Part shown: piece by piece, positions 53,659-61,951 of the stretch | How positions within the stretch are numbered: the stretch's first letter is position 1 | Layout: each line of letters starts with the position of its first letter | Assembly: GCA_035652255.1 (NCBI GenBank) | Contig: DASRED010000047.1 | Location: 3,695-67,694, forward strand | Direction: 5' to 3' | Source: Gaiellaceae bacterium | GTDB lineage: Bacteria > Actinomycetota > Thermoleophilia > Gaiellales > Gaiellaceae | Length of the DNA: 64,000 nucleotides | Made by a program: the position numbers and the translations under genes | Notes under the pieces: generated by a model | The model's input: the letters and a program-made list of their open reading frames with translations, nothing else | Told to the model about the DNA's origin: nothing | Database searches by the model: none

Positions 53659-54800
53659 CGGTCGCCGTAGAACGCGGCGACACGCTCGAGCGAGGCAGCG
53701 AGCGAGAGGCGCTCGGCGTTCTCCGCGTACCAGGCGCGCGTCGACCGCCGCAGCTCGGGCCCCGCCTCGTGGACGCGCACGATCGCGTCGGCGAGATCCG
53801 CTGCGCCGTCCGACGGAGCGGCGAAGCCGTTGACTCCTTCCTCGACGAGCTCCACGGCGGCATTCTCGTCGCCGCGGACGACGATGCTCGGCACGCCCGC
53901 GGCGGCCGCCTCGACGACGATGCGGCCGTAGCCCTCGCGGCGCGACGGGAGCGCGAGGCAGAGAGCCCGGCCGAGCGACGCGGCGAGGCGCTCGGGCTCG
54001 ACGAAGCCGGGAGCCTCGACACTCCCGGTGAGGCCGTGCGCCTCGATCGCGGCGAGGAGCGCCGCGTGATCCGGCCCGTCGCCGAACAGGTCGGCGCGGA
54101 GGTCGGGGATCCGCTGCTTCGCCTGCGCAAGTGCGGGCACGAGGCTGAGGACGCGCTTCTCGGCGACCTGCCTGCCGGCGAAGACGACGGTCGGCTCGGC
54201 CTCCGTCTCGGCCGGTGGCGGTGCTGTGCCGCCGTACTGTCCCGTGAGCCGTACGACCGGTCCGCGAACGCCGTGCTCGAGCAGCCGCGCCTCGTGGAGC
54301 CGCGAGAAGCAGAACGCCTGCTGCCTCGGCAGCAGGCAGAGCTTCTGGACGAGCCAGCCGACATCGCCCTTGCGCCGTCCGAGGTAGTCGCGCCAGTACG
54401 CGCGCGTCCAGAGCTCGTGCCAGTCGACGGCGAGCGCGTAGCGGCCGAACGGCCGTGCAGCGGCGGCGGCGAGCAGCGAGAAGTACGGGAAGGACGCGGT
54501 GTGGACGGCGTCGTAGCGCCCGCCGTGCCGGAGGAGATGCCGGAGGACGCCGAGCCCGAAGAACAGCGCCTCGTCGATTCGTCGCGTGCCCCAGTCGTCG
54601 TAGAGCGGCCGCGGCCTGTCCACCCCGACGACGCGGACGCCGGCCAGGGTCGGCTCCTCGCCGCGCTCCCACTGCCGGCGGGTCAGGTACGTGACCTCGT
54701 GGCCCCGCTCCGCGAGCCCCTGCGCGAGATCGGCGTACCAGCGCTCCGCTCCGCCGATCGTGTACGGATAGAGGCAGTCGTAGACGATGCAGATCCGCAT
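53655..54800 (-). CDS. glycosyltransferase family 4 (GT-B)
   Basis: 381 aa. MRICIVYDCLYPYTIGGAERWY N-terminus, and C-terminal EGYGRIVVEAAAAGVPSIV. Confidence 0.85.
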   Translation of the reverse strand: MRICIVYDCLYPYTIGGAERWYADLAQGLAERGHEVTYLTRRQWERGEEPTLAGVRVVGVDRPRPLYDDWGTRRIDEALFFGLGVLRHLLRHGGRYDAVHTASFPYFSLLAAAAARPFGRYALAVDWHELWTRAYWRDYLGRRKGDVGWLVQKLCLLPRQQAFCFSRLHEARLLEHGVRGPVVRLTGQYGGTAPPPAETEAEPTVVFAGRQVAEKRVLSLVPALAQAKQRIPDLRADLFGDGPDHAALLAAIEAHGLTGSVEAPGFVEPERLAASLGRALCLALPSRREGYGRIVVEAAAAGVPSIVVRGDENAAVELVEEGVNGFAAPSDGAADLADAIVRVHEAGPELRRSTRAWYAENAERLSLAASLERVAAFYGDR

Positions 54801-54862
54801 GCGCGGGCGAGCGTACCGGCGAACGGCCGCTCGCTCGAAGCGGCGATACGCTTTCGTCTGCG

Positions 54863-56044
54863 ATGACCGAGCTCGACGAGATCCCAGCCGGCGGGACGGC
54901 GACGGCGACGGCGCCCCGCGTGTCGATCGTCATCCCCTGCCTGAACGAGGCGGAGCACATCGAGGAGTGCGTCGCGCGGGCTCGGGAGGCCCTCGAGGCG
55001 GGCGGTCTCGACGGCGAGATCATCGTCGTCGACAACGGCTCGGAGGACGACAGCGGAGCGCTCGCGCGGGCTGCCGGCGCCACCGTGGTCGACGAGCCCC
55101 GCCGTGGCTACGGCAGCGCCTACCTCGCGGGCTTCGCGGCTGCGCGGGGCGACTACCTCGTGATGATCGACGCCGATCTCACGTACGACTTCGCCGAGAT
55201 CCCCGGCTTCGTCCGCAAGCTCGACGACGGCGCGCAGCTCGTCATGGGGAACCGGATGGCGGGGATCCAGGCCGGCGCGATGCCCTGGCTCAACCGGTAC
55301 ATCGGCAATCCGCTCCTCTCGGGCTTCCTCAACCTCATCTACAAGACCCCGATCGCCGACGCCCACTGCGGCATGCGCGCGCTGCGGCGCGACGCCCTGC
55401 CGACGCTGCGGCTGCACTCGACCGGCATGGAGTTCGCGTCGGAGATGGTCATCCGGGCGGCGAAGGAGCGTCTCGTGATCGCGCAGGTGCCGATCGCGCT
55501 CCATCCGCGCAGCGGTGTCTCGAAGCTCTCGCCGTTCCGCGACGGCTGGCGCCATCTGAGGCTGATGCTCGTCCACAGCCCGACGTTCCTGTTCATCGTG
55601 CCGGGTGCCGTGCTCTCGATCGTGGGCATGCTCGTGATCGCTCTCGTCTTCGCGGGCGCCTCGCTCTTCGGCCGCGTCCTCTACCTCCACTCGCTGATCG
55701 GCGGCGCGCTACTTCTGATGGTTGGCTCCCAGGTCGTCGGGCTCGGGCTGTGCGGCTGCGCGTACGGCGTCCATCACCTCGGCGAGAGGAACGCCTGGTT
55801 CGAGCGCGCCCGGCGCCGGGTCAGCCTCGAGCAGGGATTGCTGGCGGGAACCGTCGTCACGCTCGCCGGGCTCGCCGCCGGCGCGGCGATCGTCGTGCAC
55901 TGGGCCGGCCACGATTTCGGCTCGCTCGGAGAGGGCCGCCTCGCGATCCTCGCCGCGACGCTCGTCGTCGTCGGACTGCAGATCGTCTTCACGTCCTTCC
56001 TCCTCTCGATCATCGGGATGGGCGGGAGCGAGCGACCTCGCTGA
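54863..56044 (+). CDS. GT2 polyprenyl-phosphate sugar synthase-like glycosyltransferase with C-terminal TM helices (DPM1/GtrB/ArnC-like)
   Basis: 393 aa. VSIVIPCLNEAEHI, VVDNGSEDDS, MIDADLTYD, then about 4 C-terminal TM segments. Confidence 0.82.
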   Translation: MTELDEIPAGGTATATAPRVSIVIPCLNEAEHIEECVARAREALEAGGLDGEIIVVDNGSEDDSGALARAAGATVVDEPRRGYGSAYLAGFAAARGDYLVMIDADLTYDFAEIPGFVRKLDDGAQLVMGNRMAGIQAGAMPWLNRYIGNPLLSGFLNLIYKTPIADAHCGMRALRRDALPTLRLHSTGMEFASEMVIRAAKERLVIAQVPIALHPRSGVSKLSPFRDGWRHLRLMLVHSPTFLFIVPGAVLSIVGMLVIALVFAGASLFGRVLYLHSLIGGALLLMVGSQVVGLGLCGCAYGVHHLGERNAWFERARRRVSLEQGLLAGTVVTLAGLAAGAAIVVHWAGHDFGSLGEGRLAILAATLVVVGLQIVFTSFLLSIIGMGGSERPR

Positions 56045-56939
56045 GGCGCTCCCGAGCGACGGCGCCGTAGGGGAACGTCCGGGCCCGGACCCAGAGGTCG
56101 AGGACGACATCGCGGGCGTCCTCGAGCGGGGGCCGGCGTCGGAGCGCGGAGTCGCGGCGGAACCGCTCGAGGAGAACCTCCGTCTGCTCGTCCGTCTGCT
56201 GCCGTAGCTCCGGCTCGGGCACGTCGGCGGCGGGGAGGGCGTCGCCGCTGACCTGCTCCACGAGAGAGGAGATCGTCGCCGGATACGCCGCGACGAGCTC
56301 CTCGTACGTCAGCTCGACCACGGGCACGGCGCCGCGGGCGAGCGCCTCCGCCCAGAGCGCGTCGTCGCGGAGAATCGCGGTCCTCAGCCGGCTGATCGCG
56401 CGGAAGTTGTACGGCACCTCGGGCCGGGCCCCGGCCGCCTCGCCGGCGCCGCGATGCCAGGCGCCCGTGTACGCCGCCTTCCAGTAGGAGACGGCCTGCC
56501 GGTCGGCGTCCGCTCTCCGCATGTGGACGTACGTCGCGTCGGGAAAGAGCTCGGCGAGCAGCGTCAGCGCGGCGGAAGGCTCGACCGTGCGGCGGGCCGT
56601 GCGGTTGGTCTCCCGCCGGAGCTCGTCGAGGTGCGACCAGTGGAGCTTCGCGCCAAAAACCCCGTTCGCGGAGGAGCGGCGCGCGCGCAGCTCTCGCACG
56701 TACGCGCCGAGATCGCCCCTCGTGCCCCAGCGCGCGGCGAGCGTGGCGCGGAAGCCGATGTTGAAGTACTCCGTCGGCGTCCCCGCCAGGCCGGTGCGGT
56801 GCAGCCCCGAGCAGAGCAGCGTGCTCCCGCTTCGCGGCGTCGAGCAGACGAGATACGTCCTGGACGCCGAGCCGGGGTCGCGCGGAGGGGTCACGTCGAA
56901 TTCGGCCGCCAGCATCGGACGCGTTGCAGTCCGTCTCAT
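56010..56939 (-). CDS. Stf0-like sulfotransferase
   Basis: 309 aa. PAPS-loop-like YLVCSTPRSGSTLLCSGLHRTGLAGTPTEYFN. The 3' end overlaps the convergent GT2 gene by 35 nt. Confidence 0.68.
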   Translation of the reverse strand: MRRTATRPMLAAEFDVTPPRDPGSASRTYLVCSTPRSGSTLLCSGLHRTGLAGTPTEYFNIGFRATLAARWGTRGDLGAYVRELRARRSSANGVFGAKLHWSHLDELRRETNRTARRTVEPSAALTLLAELFPDATYVHMRRADADRQAVSYWKAAYTGAWHRGAGEAAGARPEVPYNFRAISRLRTAILRDDALWAEALARGAVPVVELTYEELVAAYPATISSLVEQVSGDALPAADVPEPELRQQTDEQTEVLLERFRRDSALRRRPPLEDARDVVLDLWVRARTFPYGAVARERLSEVARSRPSR

Positions 56940-56983
56940 GAGGCGGGCAGTCTATCCCCGGCCTCTCGCAGCTCTCGGCGCCG

Positions 56984-57856
56984 TCAGCGCTTGGCGAACA
57001 GCCCGCGGAAGCGGCCGCGCGACATTGCGCCGTAGAAGCGCGCGCGCCCGGGCTCGCCGCGCATCAGGAAGTAGGCGGAGCCCGCCGCTAGCTGTGCGGC
57101 GCGCCAGGCGGCGTACCGGCGCGGGAAGCGGTACTGCGTCAGCAGGCGCGTGTGGTCGCGTCCGTAGACGTACGCCTTGCGGGCGGCCGCGTCGTCGCCG
57201 AGCCTCGGATGGAAGTCGGGATGCCCGATGCGGATGCTCGGCTCGTAGCCGACGGTCAGGCCACGGGAGAGTGCGCGCAGGATGTACTCGCCGTCCTGGC
57301 CGCCGCCGGCGATCAGCTCGCCGTCGGGCCCGAGGCGGGTGCTGTACGACTCGTCCCATTCGCCGACCGTCCCGATCGCCCGGCCGCGGATGAAGAACGT
57401 GAACCCGATCGCCCTGCGCCAGAGATTGCGCGGGGTGACGAGACCGCCTTCGCTGTCCCACCTGAGCTGGGTCGGGCGTCCCTCGTCGTCGCAGCTCGTT
57501 CCGGACAGCGCATCCCAGTCTGGGTGCTCGGCGAAGGCGCGCAGCACGCGCTCGACCGTGTCCGGCGCGTACCAGCAGTCGTCGTCCGGCCGGCCGACGA
57601 CGTCCGCCGTGGCGCGGGCGAAGCCGGCGTTGCAGGCCCGGCTGAGGCCGCGCGGCGAACGGAGATGCTCGAGGTCGAGTCGTCCCTCGAACGCGGCGAC
57701 GACCGGCGCGAGCCGGTCGTCCTCGTTCTGGTCGACGACGAGCACGCGGAGCGGGCCGCGCCAGGTCTGCTCCGCGACGCTCGCGAGGAAGCGCTCGAGC
57801 TCCGCCGTCCGGCCGACCGTCGGGACGACGAGGTCTATGGACGACGGCTCGTCCAG
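56984..57856 (-). CDS. glycosyltransferase family 2
   Basis: Track ORF 56984..57745 begins at VLVVDQNEDD. The conserved GT2 N-terminus IDLVVPTVGRTAELERFLASVAEQTW is encoded in-frame upstream with no ATG, GTG or TTG. The only candidate start is CTG at 57856. DDDCWY DXD motif. Confidence 0.65.
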   Translation of the reverse strand: MDEPSSIDLVVPTVGRTAELERFLASVAEQTWRGPLRVLVVDQNEDDRLAPVVAAFEGRLDLEHLRSPRGLSRACNAGFARATADVVGRPDDDCWYAPDTVERVLRAFAEHPDWDALSGTSCDDEGRPTQLRWDSEGGLVTPRNLWRRAIGFTFFIRGRAIGTVGEWDESYSTRLGPDGELIAGGGQDGEYILRALSRGLTVGYEPSIRIGHPDFHPRLGDDAAARKAYVYGRDHTRLLTQYRFPRRYAAWRAAQLAAGSAYFLMRGEPGRARFYGAMSRGRFRGLFAKR

Positions 57857-57866
57857 CGGGAGTCGC

Positions 57867-58526
57867 CTAGCTCGTGAGCTGGAACGAGCTGACGATGTCG
57901 TCGATCTCTCGCGTCGTCTTCGCGTCGCCGAGCGCGGCGACTGTGGCCATGACGACGCTGCCCTTGGCGATCGGGAGGACGACGACGTTTCGCACCTCGT
58001 GTTGCTTCGTGCGGTCGTACGTCACGTCGAGCGCCTGTCCGGCCTTGAGACTGATCATGTGCGCGCCCACGAGCTTGTAGCCGGGGCCGGCACCCTTCTT
58101 CAACTGGGCCTCGAGAGTGCGGATGTAGGCGGTGTTCAGGTGAGCGACCTTACCGCCGAGCCGCAGGACGACGACACCGTGTCCCTTCGCCTGGCGCATG
58201 GCCGCGAAGGCGTGCTGGCCCGGCGCCACCGAGTTGGGCGCAACGGTCTTCCAGTCCTTCGGATACGTGATCTTGTACTTGCCGCTGGTCTGTGTCGATC
58301 CCTTGACGGCCTTCGTCGGGGAAGTGCTCCGGATCGCGCCGAAGTAGATGCCGACGGCGGCGGCGACGACCACGGCCGCTCCGGCGATCCACCACGGCAG
58401 CTGCGGCGGCAGGTTGCGCTGCGACTGCTTCTGCCTCGGCTTCGAGGCGCGGGGGCGCCGAGCCGGCTGCTCCGGCGTCTCGGACGGAGTGGGCTCGCTG
58501 TAGCTCTCTTCGAATTCGTTGCTCAT
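57867..58526 (-). CDS. single-pass membrane protein with an extracytoplasmic domain, hypothetical
   Basis: 219 aa. Charged N-terminus, TM segment WWIAGAAVVVAAAVGIYFGAI, then a soluble domain of about 145 aa. Confidence 0.6.
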   Translation of the reverse strand: MSNEFEESYSEPTPSETPEQPARRPRASKPRQKQSQRNLPPQLPWWIAGAAVVVAAAVGIYFGAIRSTSPTKAVKGSTQTSGKYKITYPKDWKTVAPNSVAPGQHAFAAMRQAKGHGVVVLRLGGKVAHLNTAYIRTLEAQLKKGAGPGYKLVGAHMISLKAGQALDVTYDRTKQHEVRNVVVLPIAKGSVVMATVAALGDAKTTREIDDIVSSFQLTS

Positions 58527-58589
58527 GTGTCGCCCTTCCCGGCCGGACTCGGCCGGCGGATGGTCAGTCTAGCGGGGGATTTCGGCCCG

Positions 58590-58623
58590 TAAAACGGAGG
58601 CGGCGCCCGTAGGCGCCGCCTCC
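58590..58623 (-). terminator. intrinsic terminator of the collagen-like gene
   Basis: Minus strand GGAGGCGGCGCC-UACG-GGCGCCGCCUCC followed by GUUUUAC. 12-bp perfect stem, 22 nt downstream of the stop. Confidence 0.65.
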
Positions 58624-58645
58624 CTGCTGCTTTGAGCCGCTCGGT

Positions 58646-60730
58646 CTAGGCGCCGTGCTGCCAGACGTCGATGACCCAGGTTGCGTCTGCCGGAGCCTCC
58701 GACGTCGTCGTGACGTTGCAGAAGCGAACCCGGATGGTGTTCGGGCTGGAGACCCAGCCGGCCCAGATGAAGCCGCCGCCCGGGTTGCTCTCGGGCGTCA
58801 CGTTGACCGTGTCGCCGACTGCAGCACCAGTCACCGTGACCGGCTCGAAGGTGCAGGAGTTGGCCGGGACGCTGCTGCCCCAGTCGACCGCCGTGATGAG
58901 CGCGGTAGTCGAGAGGAAGCGAGCGATCGTCGACCCGCCGTTGCCGATCGTGATGCCGCCCGTGAAGTTGACGTTGCCGGCGAAGCTCGCGGTGCTCTGA
59001 CCCGTGAGGTTGCCGGTCACCGTCGCGCTGCCGGAGAATGCCGCGTCCGTTCCGGTCAGCTGCCCGGTGAGCGTCGTGGCGCCTGCGGTCAGCGTCCCGG
59101 CCTTGACGTTGCCCGAGATGCTCGCGCTGGTGCCGAAGAGCTCGCCGTTCGTGGTGAGGTCACCGTTCGCGGTGACGCTGCCGGAGAAGTACGCGTTCGC
59201 TCCGGTGAGCGTTCCCGTCGTGAGCGTGCCGGTCGTGAGCGTTCCGGCGATCACGTGGCCGGCGAAGCTCGCGCCGTTCTGGCCGGTCAGCTTGCCGCCG
59301 ACCGTGAGCTCGCCGTTGAACGAGCCAGTCTGCGCCGTGACGTTGCCGCTGAAGTTCGCGTCCGTCCCGTGCAGTGCGCCGGTCGTCACGCTGCCGTTGA
59401 ACAACCCGTTGCCCGTGGAGATGGAGCCCGCGGTCACGTTGCCGGCGAAGCTCGCTGCGCTGCCGGTCAGCATGCCGTTCACGGTGAGGTTGTTGTTCGC
59501 CGTGACGTTGCCGCCGAAGTACGCATCCGATCCGGTGAGCGTTCCGGTCGTGAGCGTTCCGGCCTTCACGTTGCCGGCGAAGCTCGCACCGTTCTGGCCG
59601 GTCAGCTTGCCGCCGACCGTGAGCTCGCCGTTGAACGAGCCGGTCTGGCCGGTGACGTTGCCGCTGAAGTTCGCGCTCGTCCCGTGGAGGGCGCCGGTCG
59701 TCACGCTGCCCGTGAACGACGCGTTGCCGCTGCTGATGGAGCCGGAGGTCACGTTGCCCACGAAGCTCGCGCCGCGTCCGCCGGTCAGCGTTCCGCCGAC
59801 GGTGACGCTGCCTGTGAAGCTCGCGCTCCAGCCCTTCAGCAAGCCGCCGACGGTCACCTTGCCCGCGAAGCTCGCGTCGCCGAGGCTCCGCAGCTCGTGG
59901 GCAGTGACGTTGCCGGAGAAGTCCGCGTTCGTCCCGGTGAGGGTTCCGGTCAGGGTCGTGGCGCCGGCGTCGAGCGTCCCGGCCGTCACGTTGCCCGTGA
60001 AGTCACCGTTGGCGGCGCTCAGCGCGCCGCTCGTGTGAATCGAGCCGGCGGTCAGCGTGCCGCCCGTGTAGATCGAGCCGGCGGCGACGTTGCCCCAGAA
60101 GTGGCCGTTGCCGGCGGTCACGGTGCCCCAGAAGTCCGCGTTGCTTCCGTTGAGCGTTCCGGTCGTGAGGGTTCCGGCCGTCACGTTCCCGCCGAAGCTC
60201 GCGCCCTTCCAGCCGGTGAGCATGCCCTGCACGGTCACGTCGCCGGTGAACCGGGCGTTAGTTCCCGTGAAGGACGAGCCGCCGCTGATCGAGCCCTGCG
60301 GCCCCTGCGGCCCCTGCGGGCCCTGCGCGCCGGTTGCGCCAGTTGCGCCGGTCGCGCCGGTTGCACCCGTTGCTCCGGTGGCACCGGTTGCGCCCGTCGG
60401 ACCTGCGGGGCCAGCCGGACCTGCGGGGCCAGCCGGACCTGCTGGCCCGCTCTTGATGAGGCCCTTGAGGTAGTTCACGCGATCGTCGATGTACGAAATC
60501 GTCGGGATAGCAACGTGGCTGTAGCCAACCGGACACCCGCCCTTGGCGCCGACTGCCGCTACCACCGTGCCGCTGAAGTTGAGGCACACCTGCACGGTGT
60601 TTCCCTTCCACACGTTCCCCGAAAGCTTGTTCGTCTTCGCCGACGCACCTCCGGCGAGAACGGCTGCGGCGACGAGCGCTCCGATGAGAGCGACCCCGCC
60701 GACCCCTGTGACCCACCGCCTATCCCTCAT
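58646..60730 (-). CDS. secreted collagen-like triple-helix + beta-helix-repeat protein
   Basis: 694 aa. Signal peptide, 16 uninterrupted G-X-Y triplets ((GPA)5 GPT (GAT)6 GAQ (GPQ)3), about 430 aa of ~10-residue G-x-(L/V)-T-(A/G)-G / (A/N)-x-F-x-G-N-V-T repeats, and a C-terminal globular domain of about 95 aa. Confidence 0.8.
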   Translation of the reverse strand: MRDRRWVTGVGGVALIGALVAAAVLAGGASAKTNKLSGNVWKGNTVQVCLNFSGTVVAAVGAKGGCPVGYSHVAIPTISYIDDRVNYLKGLIKSGPAGPAGPAGPAGPAGPTGATGATGATGATGATGATGATGAQGPQGPQGPQGSISGGSSFTGTNARFTGDVTVQGMLTGWKGASFGGNVTAGTLTTGTLNGSNADFWGTVTAGNGHFWGNVAAGSIYTGGTLTAGSIHTSGALSAANGDFTGNVTAGTLDAGATTLTGTLTGTNADFSGNVTAHELRSLGDASFAGKVTVGGLLKGWSASFTGSVTVGGTLTGGRGASFVGNVTSGSISSGNASFTGSVTTGALHGTSANFSGNVTGQTGSFNGELTVGGKLTGQNGASFAGNVKAGTLTTGTLTGSDAYFGGNVTANNNLTVNGMLTGSAASFAGNVTAGSISTGNGLFNGSVTTGALHGTDANFSGNVTAQTGSFNGELTVGGKLTGQNGASFAGHVIAGTLTTGTLTTGTLTGANAYFSGSVTANGDLTTNGELFGTSASISGNVKAGTLTAGATTLTGQLTGTDAAFSGSATVTGNLTGQSTASFAGNVNFTGGITIGNGGSTIARFLSTTALITAVDWGSSVPANSCTFEPVTVTGAAVGDTVNVTPESNPGGGFIWAGWVSSPNTIRVRFCNVTTTSEAPADATWVIDVWQHGA
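60305..60448 (-). repeat. 9-bp tandem repeats encoding the collagen G-X-Y tract
   Basis: CCCTGCGGC / GGTTGCGCC / GGACCTGCGGGGCCAGCC units visible on the plus strand. Confidence 0.9.
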
Positions 60731-61133
60731 GTGATCTCTCCCTCATTTGGCCCGGTCCGATTAACGCCCACAGGCTCACGAACAGCCGCAGTGAGCCGCA
60801 GCGAGCATACGACGGAATGTCGCATGGTGTCAATGCCCCTATGCGATGCGGATAAAGGGCCGGACGTGGCCGGCGGGTGAGTAAATGGGCGGAACCAGAC
60901 ATTGCGCAAACCACGCGCTTGTCGAGGGTGAGACGCTCGACCTCTCGGCCCTGTGATCGGCAGCGAGCGCTCGCGGCTTGGTGTCAGGGCCGCCAGGAAC
61001 ATCGTCTGTCCGACCGCTATGGGAGTCTTGCATGGTGCCCGCCTGAGGGCGCTTTTGCTTCCCCACGAAGCCCCACGTCCGACGTCGCTGGTACAGGTCC
61101 AGTCCCTTTCGGCACCCGAGAAAGGAGGACCAA

Positions 61134-61400
61134 GTGACGAAGGGACATGTGGCACTCGTTCGGGAGCAGGGCATCGACTTCGCAGTTGTGATCGTCAAGC
61201 CGTCCGTGCTCCACGGGCCGAAGAGCAGCAAGGATGACCTGGTCGCGACGTTCTCTCTGGAGTTCGGCGCGCCGGCCGTCCTCATGGCTCAGGATTCACG
61301 AGGAGTGCCGACCTACTACGGCCGCCATGACCTCGTGAACTGGCTGAAGAACGTCTTCCCGGAGCAGCTTCCGTGGAGGGAGTTCACGCTTGCCGCGTAA
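61134..61400 (+). CDS. hypothetical protein (88 aa), first gene of the lower-G+C operon
   Basis: GTG preceded by the strong SD GAAAGGAGGACCAA. No domain recognised. Confidence 0.55.
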   Translation: MTKGHVALVREQGIDFAVVIVKPSVLHGPKSSKDDLVATFSLEFGAPAVLMAQDSRGVPTYYGRHDLVNWLKNVFPEQLPWREFTLAA

Positions 61401-61494
61401 CGGCAATCCTGCGGAGCGCCGGACGTTTCGCCGTCTTACATTGACGTAGTCTCGTTCGGCGCTCCATTGACCTCCGGGCCATAGAGGGCGATAG

Positions 61495-61878
61495 ATGCAG
61501 GGCAGGCGCCTCCGCGTCCGACGACAGGAGTACGGTTGCCGCCCCACCGGGACCATCGTGAGTGACGACTTCTTCAAGACGCACCCGGCCTATCGGCGAG
61601 CGCAACCCGGCCTACAGCGCTGGAGTGTCTTCTGCTGGATGACCGCACTCTCGGGCACAGCGTGGCTGCGCGATCCCAACGTGCGGGCGCCATGGCGACT
61701 CAAGCTCGAGGCCGGTCTCTGGGGGTGGGCGTTCATCGGGCTCTTTCCGCTGCTTGTCCTCTGGCTCGGGGTATGGATCATCTGGCTGTTCGTCCGCATC
61801 TGCCTGCTCGGCTTCGCAGCCATATTCACGGCCGCATACTGGTTGGCGAGGTTGACAGGCGCCAACCGACGCGCCTGA
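61495..61878 (+). CDS. hypothetical membrane protein (127 aa)
   Basis: ATG preceded by GAGGGCGATAG. Trp-rich TM segments GLWGWAFIGLFPLLVLWLGVWIIWLFVRICLLGFAAIFTAAYWL. Confidence 0.45.
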   Translation: MQGRRLRVRRQEYGCRPTGTIVSDDFFKTHPAYRRAQPGLQRWSVFCWMTALSGTAWLRDPNVRAPWRLKLEAGLWGWAFIGLFPLLVLWLGVWIIWLFVRICLLGFAAIFTAAYWLARLTGANRRA

Positions 61879-61951
61879 GCTGGACGCCCGCGTTCGCAAT
61901 CCGAAGTGGCGGCAATAGGGAAGCCGCCCGGTTCGAGCGTACGATCTGACC

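Noticed and set aside
52124-54364. 746-aa minus-strand ORF, and the 5' extension of ORF 52198..55083
   Set aside because: These are alternate-frame, Arg/Ser/Pro-rich translations. The Wzx and GT4 genes explain the region, with an ATGA junction at 53655..53658.
60305-60448. Short tandem repeats considered as a possible CRISPR array (also the 21-bp repeats at 37897..37980)
   Set aside because: The repeats are contiguous with no spacers, have periods that are multiples of 3, and lie inside ORFs, where they encode G-X-Y collagen triplets and ADERDRL heptads. No CRISPR-like repeat-spacer structure occurs anywhere in the window.
60727-61285. Minus-strand ORFs of 142 aa and 148 aa in the divergent intergenic region
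   Set aside because: They overlap each other and the start of the 88-aa gene. They have no SD sequence, no domain-like sequence, and poor third-position G+C bias. The region was treated as non-coding promoter space.
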